Positions 1 through 7,888 of a DNA stretch of 9,388 nt are shown here, piece by piece. The position numbers and the translations under genes were made by a program. The stretch's first letter is position 1. Each line of letters opens with the position of its first letter. Location of the stretch: the sequence record OY723368.1; one strand, written 5' to 3'. The notes beneath the pieces were generated by a model that was not told the origin of the DNA, made no database searches, and worked only from the letters and a program-made list of their open reading frames with translations.

Positions 1-54
1 CCTAGATGTGCTAATCCCGTGCCGATACCTACTCGCAACACATGTTTTGGGACC

Positions 55-306
55 CCTAAAACATGTATTTCGACCCATTTGGGGTCCTCATACCATGGCA
101 CCATCCTCTGTGCACATACCATGTATCTAGAGGATGTGGTCTCCATAGGTATCGTGGGCATATCCCCTACCCTATGATATAGGTACCATGCAGAGCATGT
201 GTACTCCTTATAGCATATGTAGTGATCCCCATGGTGTCTAAGGGATCTGGTGATGTACTGGATATCACCATAATCATGTAATCTGAGTACATCAGATCAT
301 GTGTTT
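55..306. repeat. Partial copy (3' ~250 bp) of module A (a2 tail)
   Basis: Aligns by eye with 1343..1594 (offset 1287), and so with 4309..4560 and 6317..6568. Shared strings include catggcaccatcctctg, ccatgtatctagaggat, ctccataggtatc, ccctaccctatgatataggtaccatgcagagcatgtgtactccttatagcatatgtagtgatccccatggtgtctaagggatctggtgatgt and atcaccataatcatgtaatctgagtacatca. Scattered substitutions. Confidence 0.85.
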
Positions 307-791
307 CATGTCATCAAATGCATGCCATTACATGATATCTGGTGTCTACTGGATACCCTCTATACATCATATAGTACCCAAATACCTGCAAGGGCGGATC
401 CTTATGGTTCCCCTTGTACGGATATGCTGTAGTACTAGTGTTAGTGGTACCCATAATGAGTACATATCGAGTACTTCATATCATCAAATCATGTGTTTCA
501 TGTCATCAAATGCATGCCATTACATGATATCTGGTGATTACTGGATACTCCCTATATACCATATAGTACTCCATACACCTCTGCATGGTGTAATGGTACC
601 TATACTCCCCATGTACTGTATACCATAGGATACATGGTACTAATGGTGTGTATGCTGTTGTACTAGTGGTATTAGATGTGTATACCTACTCATAATGAGT
701 ACTTCATGTCATCAAAACACATGATTTCATGTCATCAAATCTATGCAATTACATGATATTCCGTGTATCTAATGATGTGCTGGATACTCCC
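298..791. repeat. Tandem C-type satellite units (~190-227 bp), about 2.3 copies
   Basis: Unit 298..489 is diverged. Unit 490..716 is near-identical to 1818..2044 and 6793..7019 (offset 1328 to the first). Unit 717..791 is truncated. Each unit is headed by the box catgtcatcaaa (307, 499, 705, 728) and the full units end in gtattagatgtgtatacctactcataatgagtac or a diverged version of it. Confidence 0.85.
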
Positions 792-813
792 TAATGACCA
801 TAATGGCTCTTAG

Positions 814-916
814 AGGATATGGGGATACTCCCCGTAGGCCTCTCGGTAGCCTGGATGTGCAGAGAGGGTATTCCCTGTGGAGGTGGTCTCCTCAGGTATC
901 CCGTATGCCATATCCT
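814..916. repeat. a1 core element copy 1: 103-nt unit closed by an interrupted inverted repeat
   Basis: aggatatgg + ggatac at the 5' end is complementary to gtatcc + (cgtatg bulge) + ccatatcct at the 3' end. Small internal hairpins are described in the findings. This copy carries several substitutions in the central part relative to the copies at 3781 and 8744. Confidence 0.7.
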
Positions 917-1150
917 GTCATTAGATGTGTATACCTACTCATTTCATGTCATCAAATCATGTGTTTTCATGTCATCAAATGCATGCCAATACCATGATAT
1001 CTGGTGTTACAGGGACTCCTCTAGATACCCATAGTACTCCATATACTCCCGTAATGGTGTAATGGTACCCGTAGCCCCCATGTCCTATATACCATAGGAT
1101 ACATGGTCTGCTGGTATGTATCTAGTAGTACTCGTTGCCTGTACCCCTCC

Positions 1151-1222
1151 GAAAGGGTCTAAATACACCATTTTAGGGGGTCCAAAACACCCATTTTAGG
1201 GTCCTAAAAGTGCTCATGGGGG
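1151..1222. repeat. Three degenerate ~21-24-bp tandem units (tcYaaa-N-ccattttaggg type)
   Basis: Reads gaaagggtctaaatacaccattttaggggg / tccaaaacacccattttaggg / tcctaaaagtgctcatggggg, running into the palindrome gggggtaccccc. Paralogs at 4118..4188 and 6125..6196. Confidence 0.7.
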
Positions 1223-1594
1223 TACCCCCACGAGCCCTTTTTATGACCATTTCTGGGCTTGATTTGCGGACCCCTTTTGGGGGATTGAATCACCCGTTTT
1301 GGGTCCTCCAGAAAGGTGCCAAAAGTGGTCATTTTAGACACCCCAAATCATGTATTTGGACCCTTTTGGGGACCTCATACCATGGCACCATCCTCTGAGC
1401 ACATACCATGTATCTAGAGGATATGGTCTCCATAGGTATCATGAGGGATACCCCTACCCTATGATATAGGTACCATGCAGAGCATGTGTACTCCTTATAG
1501 CATATGTAGTGATCCCCATGGTGTCTAAGGGATCTGGTGATGTCCTGGATATCACCATAATCATGTAATCTGAGTACATCAAATCATGTGTTTT

Positions 1595-2226
1595 CATGTC
1601 ATCAAATGCATGCAATTACATGATGATACTACTCATGAGTACCTACTCGTAGTAGTATACATGTGGTATCCATGGTATACATAGTACTCGTAGTGTATGC
1701 TGTTAGGCTATGGTATAGGGGTATCCTGCATCCCCATACCCTCCGTGCATACTACTAGTATCCTGTGTATCACTAGATACTATATGTGTATACATACTAC
1801 TAATGAGCACATCGAATCATGTGTTTCATGTCATCAAATGCATGCCATTACATGATATCTGGTGTCTACTGGATACTCCCTATATACCATATAGTACTCC
1901 ATACACCTCTGCATGGTGTAATGGTACCTATACTCCCCATGTACTGTATACCATAGGATACATGGTACTAATGGTGTGTACGCTGTTGTACTAGTGGTAT
2001 TAGATGTGTATACCTACTCATAATGAGTACTTCATGTCATCAAATGCATGCAATTACATGATGATACTACTCATGAGTACCTACTCGTAGTAGTATACAT
2101 GTGGTATCCATGGTATACATAGTACTCGTAGTGTATGCTGTTAGGCTATGATGTAGGGGTATCCCGTACCCCCTCATACCATCCGTGCATACTACTAGTA
2201 TCCTGTATATCACTAGATACTGTATA
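1595..2226. repeat. Higher-order tandem D-C-D (period ~438-440 bp, about 1.4 copies)
   Basis: D unit 1595..1786 (catgtcatcaaatgcatgcaattacatgatgatactactcatgagtacctactcgtagtagtatacatgtggtatccatggtatacatagtactcgtagtgtatgctgttaggctatg...) recurs at 2033..2226. C unit 1818..2044 lies between and overlaps the start of the second D unit. Confidence 0.85.
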
Positions 2227-2893
2227 TGATCATACGTGCAAACCATGTGTTCAGATGTCTCGAAACATGTGTTTTGGTGTCATGACATACACATTCTATA
2301 CTACTAATGAGTACCTGTACATGGTATGTGCTGTAAGGGATACTAGGGGATATGGTGCATACCTCTAATGGGGCATATGCTGCCATTAGGGATACCCCCA
2401 ATACCTGTAGTACTCTGTATAGCTCATTACACCATGATATGCAATAGTAGTGGATTCGCTCATCTCGACTAGATCATGTCACGAAATGACATGTTTTGGG
2501 AGGTGTGCCGATACCCACTAGTAACACAGATACTGTATGGTATGCAGGTATCCCCATTCCCTCGATAAAGAGGCATCAGGGGATATGCACATGCCACCAG
2601 TACACTAAGGGATCCAAGGGGTGCCAAAAGGGGTCCAAAAGTGCTCATTTAGGGGTACCCGTAAATGGCATAATTGCCCCGATTTCGCGTACTCATATTC
2701 CTAAGGTCACTGTAAGGAATATGGTCTCCAGCGATGGCATTCCCATTGTGTGCATCCGAAAAGGGCATAAAATGACCCATTTTAGGCACTTTTGGGCCTT
2801 TTGGGGTCGCGAAAGTGCACATTAAGACCCCTAATGTCTCCAAAAGGGTCCAAAATGATGCATTCGTTTTCTGCCTGACTCGGATCCGCCCTT

Positions 2894-2912
2894 CGCGCGC
2901 GCGCGCGTGTGT
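2894..2912. repeat. Alternating purine-pyrimidine tract (CG)7(TG)2T
   Basis: cgcgcgcgcgcgcgtgtgt read directly. An identical tract is at 7870..7888 in the paralog. Confidence 0.95.
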
Positions 2913-3317
2913 TACTATACACTAAGGGCACACAATTTAGGGGTTCCGAGCACCTCCAGACCCCCAATCCGACACCCTCTGGGATACCCTATCTGAGGGG
3001 GTACGGGCCCGAATCCCTTAGGAGCACCTTAGGGATGGCATTGGGGAGGGGTCTGGGAGCACCCAGAAAGGGTCCCAAAACGAGTGATTTAGGGTCCAAA
3101 ACACCCATTTTGGGAGGTCTCGGGATACCTCAGATACCCCATTTCTGGAGGTCTTGGGGTCCTCAGATCATGGCATCCGTGTCCTCAGATACCTAATACC
3201 TATGGTCTGCGAGTCCTTAGTACCTATCTGCATGGTCTGTATGCCCGTATCCTCTGTGCCATGTCCTCTGTGCATGTCCTCAGTACCTCTCTGCGAGTCC
3301 TTAGTACCTAATGCCTA

Positions 3318-3365
3318 TACCTATCTGCATACCTATCTGCATACCTATCTGCATACCTATCTGCA
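3318..3365. repeat. 12-bp microsatellite tacctatctgca x4
   Basis: Four perfect units starting at 3318, 3330, 3342 and 3354, followed by caggtcc. The paralogous array at 8259..8330 has six units. Confidence 0.95.
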
Positions 3366-3780
3366 CAGGTCCTCAGATACATCGCGAGCATCCCCGGACC
3401 CCATATCTCATGATCTGATGGTCTCCGGATCCGCTCATGGTCTCCAGATCTGCACATCCCCAGACCCCTAATCCGATACCCTACAGCATATGGTCTCAGA
3501 GTATGTATCTAATGGTGATGGTATCCATAGTGGTCTGTATCCCTACTACACACACCATGGTATGTAGTGCATATGGTCTGCATGCCCTCATGGTCTCCGG
3601 ATCCCTGCATCCCTGGATCCCATACCCATGGCATCCCCAGACCCCCGGATCTCATGATTTGAGACCCCAAATCCATCATTTTGAGACCTCTAAAATCATC
3701 ATTTTAGACCCCAAAACCATGGATTTCAGGTCCTCAGATATGCTCTCCGGGATGCTCGTAATGGTCATAATGGCTCTCAG

Positions 3781-3883
3781 AGGATATGGGGATACTCCCC
3801 GTAGGCCTCTCGGTAGCCCAGGATGCACGGAGGGACATTCCCTGTGGAGATGATCTCCTCAGGTATCCCGTATGCCATATCCT
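3781..3883. repeat. a1 core element copy 2
   Basis: The 5' arm aggatatgg (3781..3789) + ggatac (3790..3795) pairs with gtatcc (3863..3868) and ccatatcct (3875..3883). Internal hairpins are aggga-cat-tccct (3831..3843) and ggaga-tga-tctcc (3846..3858). Confidence 0.7.
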
Positions 3884-4117
3884 GTCATTAGGTACCCATT
3901 CCGACCCATTCCATGTCATCAAATCATGTGTTTTCATGTCATCAAATGCATGCCAATACCATGATATCTGGTGTTACAGGGACTCCTCTAGATACCCATA
4001 GTACTCCATATACTCCCGTAATGGTGTAATGGTACCCGTAGCCCCCATGTCCTATATACCATAGGATACATGGTCTGCTGGTATGTATCTAGTAGTACTC
4101 GTTGCCTGTACCCCTCC

Positions 4118-4188
4118 GAAAGGGTCTAAATACACCATTTTAGGGGTCTAAATCACCCATTTTAGGGTCCCAAAAGTGCTCATGGGGG
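4118..4188. repeat. Three degenerate ~21-24-bp tandem units (paralog of 1151..1222)
   Basis: Reads gaaagggtctaaatacaccattttagggg / tctaaatcacccattttaggg / tcccaaaagtgctcatggggg. Confidence 0.7.
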
Positions 4189-4546
4189 TACCCCCACGAG
4201 CCCTTTTTATGACCATTTCTGGGCTTGATTTGCGGACCCCTTTTGGGGGATTGAATCACCCGTTTTGGGTCCTCCAGAAAGGTGCCAAAAGTGGTCATTT
4301 TAGACACCCCAAATCATGTATTTGGACCCTTTTGGGGACCTCATACCATGTCACCATCCTCTGTGCACATACCATGTATCTAGAGGATATGGTCTCCATA
4401 GGTATCATGAGGGATACCCCTACCCTATGATATAGGTACCATGCAGAGCATGTGTACTCCTTATAGCATATGTAGTGATCCCCATGGTCTCTAAGGGATC
4501 TGGTGATGTCCTGGATACCACCATAATCATGTAATCTGAGTACATA

Positions 4547-4570
4547 AAATCATGTGTTTTGATGACATGA
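4547..4570 (-). repeat. Only inverted copy of the box region (24 nt)
   Basis: aaatcatgtgttttgatgacatga is the exact reverse complement of 704..727 (tcatgtcatcaaaacacatgattt). It sits exactly at the point where module A copy 2 loses homology with copy 1. Confidence 0.9.
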
Positions 4571-4873
4571 TCTGATGCCATGATCTCATGATCTGATGGT
4601 ATGATGAGTACATACCCATAGAGGGTACATGCCATACCACCATTGCAGAGGGTATAGGTATACATAGTACTCTGGTGTGGTTCTAGCAGGCACTAAGCCG
4701 TAAGACTATCGCCCCCGTGTCTGTTACGCATAGGATGACTGTACCAGTGATGCCCTACACCATATCTATGACAATGAGTATGTACTACACCTTCACGACG
4801 AGTACATCATCTCATACCACCATTGTATATCATGTACTCATTACATACATAGTATCAATGTATACATGTACTG

Positions 4874-4910
4874 ATAGTGGTATTGCACATAGTACTAGTG
4901 ATAGTATACA
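4874..4910. repeat. 37-bp direct repeat, left copy (flanks the minisatellite)
   Basis: atagtggtattgcacatagtactagtgatagtataca is identical at 5223..5259. A looser match extends to about 4868..4925 versus 5217..5290, with both sides continuing into catactgtacatg. Confidence 0.9.
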
Positions 4911-4984
4911 TACTGTACATGGTATCTGTATCCCTTATACATATGCATAGGTACTACTGCATGATAGTATACGTGCATAGATAC

Positions 4985-5221
4985 ATACGTACTGTGTATG
5001 ATGATACGTACTGTGTATGATGATACGTACTGTGTATGATGATACGTACTGTGTATGATGATACGTACTGTGTATGATGATACGTACTGTGTATGATGAT
5101 ACGTACTGTGTATGATGATACGTACTGTGTATGATGATACGTACTGTGTATGATGATACGTACTGTGTATGATGATACGTACTGTGTATGATGATACGTA
5201 CTGTGTATGATGATACGTACT
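4985..5221. repeat. Perfect 19-bp minisatellite atacgtactgtgtatgatg, about 12.5 copies
   Basis: Units start at 4985, 5004, 5023 and so on to 5213, with no substitution visible. Because 19 is not a multiple of 3, the minus-strand ORFs 4895..5272 and 4954..5274 show a 19-aa (57-nt) periodic artefact. Confidence 0.97.
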
Positions 5222-5222
5222 A

Positions 5223-5259
5223 ATAGTGGTATTGCACATAGTACTAGTGATAGTATACA
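5223..5259. repeat. 37-bp direct repeat, right copy
   Basis: Identical to 4874..4910 and starts 2 bp after the end of the 19-bp array. Confidence 0.9.
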
Positions 5260-5678
5260 CGTACTGATACACACATACTGTACATGATGTCTTGCAGTGT
5301 ATGTACTGATAGAGACAGCGATTCGTACATGCTATACGTCCTAGTAATCATGCCGCTACAGTATCATACATACACTATAGTGGTTGGTGAAGGTATATGT
5401 TGAGTACCAGTACTAGTACTGTAAGGATACTACTACCCTACACCATCTGTATGTTGGTATTGGCTACTATCTCTGTATCTGTGCATAGCATTAGTACAGC
5501 AGATATTAAGAGAGTACTCACTAATGTAAGGTGCTGAGTGGTATCTGGATGCACAGGTATACATGTAGTGGTCATGTTAAAGGTCACGTTATCGTATACT
5601 AGTGCATAGTCTCTCCCTTGGTCCCTCACTCCCTGTATGGCAGTGTATAGACCATGTAGAGATACTATGCACTAATAC

Positions 5679-5893
5679 GATGTGTATACCTATCCATTAA
5701 GTACATCATTAGATACATCAAACCATGTGTTTCATGTCATTAGATGTATCAATACATGATACTACTAGTACTCTCTAGATACTCATAGTACTCCATACAC
5801 CTCTGCAATGGTGGTATGGTACCCGTACTCCCCATGTACTGTATACCATAGGATACATGGTACTAATGGTGTGTACGCTGTTGTACTAGTGGT
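5679..5893. repeat. C-type satellite unit, variant copy
   Basis: Reads gatgtgtatacctatcc...catcaaaccatgtgtttcatgtcattagatg...actccatacacctctgcaatggtggtatggtacccgtactccccatgtactgtataccataggatacatggtactaatggtgtgtacgctgttgtactagtggt. It is collinear with the C units at 490..716 and 1818..2044 but has a degenerate box. Confidence 0.8.
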
Positions 5894-6124
5894 ATTAGAT
5901 GTGTATACCTACTCATTTCATGTCATCAAATCATGTGTTTTCATGTCATCAAATGCATGCCAATACCATGATATCTGGTGTTACAGGGACTCCTCTAGAT
6001 ACCCATAGTACTCCATATACTCCCGTAATGGTGTAATGGTACCCGTAGCCCCCATGTCCTATATACCATAGGATACATGGTCTGCTGGTATGTATCTAGT
6101 AGTACTCGTTGCCTGTACCCCTCC

Positions 6125-6196
6125 GAAAGGGTCTAAATACACCATTTTAGGGGGTCCAAAACACCCATTTTAGGGTCCTAAAAGTGCTCATGGGGG
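6125..6196. repeat. Three degenerate ~21-24-bp tandem units (paralog of 1151..1222)
   Basis: Same string as 1151..1222 at offset 4974. Confidence 0.7.
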
Positions 6197-6568
6197 TACC
6201 CCCACGAGCCCTTTTTATGACCATTTCTGGGCTTGATTTGCGGACCCCTTTTGGGGGATTGAATCACCCGTTTTGGGTCCTCCAGAAAGGTGCCAAAAGT
6301 GGTCATTTTAGACACCCCAAATCATGTATTTGGACCCTTTTGGGGACCTCATACCATGTCACCATCCTCTGTGCACATACCATGTATCTAGAGGATGTGG
6401 TCTCCATAGGTATCATGAGGGATACCCCTACCCTATGATATAGGTACCATGCAGAGCATGTGTACTCCTTATAGCATATGTAGTGATCCCCATGGTCTCT
6501 AAGGGATCTGGTGATGTCCTGGATATCACCATAATCATGCAATCTGAGTACATCAAATCATGTGTTTT

Positions 6569-7201
6569 CATGTCATCAAATGCATGCAATTACATGATGA
6601 TACTACTCATGAGTACCTACTCGTAGTAGTATACATGTGGTATCCATGGTATACATAGTACTCGTAGTGTATGCTGTTAGGCTATGGTATAGGGGTATCC
6701 TGCATCCCTAATACCCTCCGTGCATACTACTAGTATCCTGTGTATCACTAGATACTATATGTGTATACATACTACTAATGAGCACATCGAATCATGTGTT
6801 TCATGTCATCAAATGCATGCAATATCATGATATCTGGTGTCTACTGGATACTCCCTATATACCATATAGTACTCCATACACCTCTGCAATGGTGGTATGG
6901 TACCCGTACTCCCCATGTACTGTATACCATAGGATACATGGTACTAATGGTGTGTATGGTGTTGTACTAGTGGTATTAGATGTGTATACCTACTCATAAT
7001 GAGTACTTCATGTCATCAAATGCATGCATTTACATGATGATACTGCTCATGAGTACCTACCCGTAGTAGTATACATGTAGTATCCATGGTATACATAGTA
7101 CTCGTAGTGTATGCTGTTAGGCTATGATGTAGGGGTATCCCGTACCCCTCATACCATCCGTGCATACTACTAGTATCCTGTATATCACTAGATACTGTAT
7201 A
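6569..7201. repeat. Higher-order tandem D-C-D, paralog of 1595..2226
   Basis: D units at about 6569..6761 and 7009..7201, with C unit 6793..7019 between them. Offset is about 4974-4975 from copy 1. Confidence 0.85.
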
Positions 7202-7869
7202 TGATCATACGTGCAAACCATGTGTTCAGATGTCTCGAAACATGTGTTTTGGTGTCATGACATACACATTCTATACTACTAATGAGTACCTGTACATGGT
7301 ATGTGCTGTAAGGGATACTAGGGGATATGGTGCATACCTCTAATGGGGCATATGCTGCCATTAGGGATACCCCCAATACCTGTAGTACTCTGTATAGCTC
7401 ATTACACCATGATATGCAATAGTAGTGGATTCGCTCATCTCGACTAGATCATGTCACGAAATGACATGTTTTGGGAGGTGTGCCGATACCCACTAGTAAC
7501 ACAGATACTGTATGGTATGCAGGTATCCCCATTCCCTCGATAAAGAGGCATCAGGGGATATGCACATGCCACCAGTACACTAAGGGATCCAAGGGGTGCC
7601 AAAAGGGGTCCAAAAGTGCTCATTTAGGGGGTACCCGTAAATGGCATAATTGCCCCGATTTCGCGTACTCATATTCCTAAGGTCACTGTAAGGAATATGG
7701 TCTCCAGCGATGGCATTCCCATTGTGTGCATCCGAAAAGGGCATAAAATGACCCATTTTAGGCACTTTTGGGCCTTTTGGGGTCGCGAAAGTGCACATTA
7801 AGACCCCTAATGTCTCCAAAAGGGTCCAAAATGATGCATTCGTTTTCTGCCTGACTCGGATCCGCCCTT

Positions 7870-7888
7870 CGCGCGCGCGCGCGTGTGT
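7870..7888. repeat. Alternating purine-pyrimidine tract (CG)7(TG)2T
   Basis: cgcgcgcgcgcgcgtgtgt, the same length as 2894..2912. Confidence 0.95.

Larger units (their letters stand above)
792..1594. repeat. Module A copy 1 (a1 head 792..923 + a2 body)
   Basis: Collinear with 3759..4560 (offset 2967/2966), except for a 21-nt replaced block (924..944 versus 3891..3911). The a2 part is also repeated at 5894..6568, and its tail at 55..306. Confidence 0.9.
920..3910. repeat. Large direct repeat, copy 1 (~2.99 kb)
   Basis: Collinear with 5894..8873. The offset is 4974 at the left end and drifts through small indels to 4963 at the right end. The same ORFs recur in the track at +4974 to +4976 (1210/6184, 1803/6778, 2213/7188, 2496/7471, 2782/7758, 3154/8129). 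Confidence 0.95.
3759..4560. repeat. Module A copy 2 (a1 head + a2 body)
   Basis: Collinear with 792..1594. Homology ends exactly after catgtgtttt (4560 versus 1594). Copy 1 then continues catgtcatcaaatgc, whereas this copy continues gatgacatgatctgatgcc. Confidence 0.9.
4561..5678. other. Spacer U: mostly single-copy (within this window) non-coding segment containing a minisatellite
   Basis: I found no paralog elsewhere in the window. ORFs are 125 aa or shorter and either low complexity or driven by the repeat. The composition is more AT-rich and GTAC/GTAT-rich than the flanks. Confidence 0.6.

Noticed and set aside
1069-1076. ccgtagcc, resembling the start of the dinoflagellate spliced-leader sequence as I remember it (…CCGTAGCCATTTTGGCTCAAG)
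   Set aside because: Only 8 nt match, and the sequence continues cccatgtcc rather than ATTTTGG. That is too short to mean anything in a repeat-rich window.
1172-1201. A true telomere or interstitial telomeric array
   Set aside because: TTTAGGG units occur singly and are separated by unrelated sequence. There is no tandem heptamer array anywhere in the window.
792-1594. Module A, or the 3-kb repeat, as a transposon, IS or LTR element
   Set aside because: There is no transposase or integrase ORF. I found no terminal inverted or long terminal repeats at the module ends and no target-site duplication. Copies are arranged head to tail with shared junction strings, which fits unequal exchange better.
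3005-3017. tRNA T-arm-like string gggcccgaatccc
   Set aside because: The flanking bases do not form a 5-bp T stem around a 7-nt loop. No acceptor, D or anticodon arms can be drawn, so it is only a superficial match to GGTTCGAATCC.
3437-3853. Longest ORF (138 aa, + strand)
   Set aside because: Two 1-bp deletions interrupt the reading frame in the paralogous region of copy 2, where only a 74-aa ORF remains (8592..8816). The sequence is repetitive (MVS.S.H, PQTP) and lacks any recognisable motif. It also overlaps the a1 repeat head.
4985-5221. CRISPR array (this tract, and the 12-mer arrays at 3318..3365 and 8259..8330)
   Set aside because: The units are directly abutting with no spacers. Their lengths (19 and 12 bp) are below typical CRISPR repeat sizes. 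There are no cas genes or leader.
4895-5274. Minus-strand ORFs of 125 and 106 aa with a striking 19-aa repeat (HSTYHHTQYVSSYTVRIII)
   Set aside because: This is an artefact of the perfect 19-bp DNA minisatellite. Because 19 is not divisible by 3, the array cycles through all three frames every 57 nt. Two overlapping frames give the same periodic peptide.
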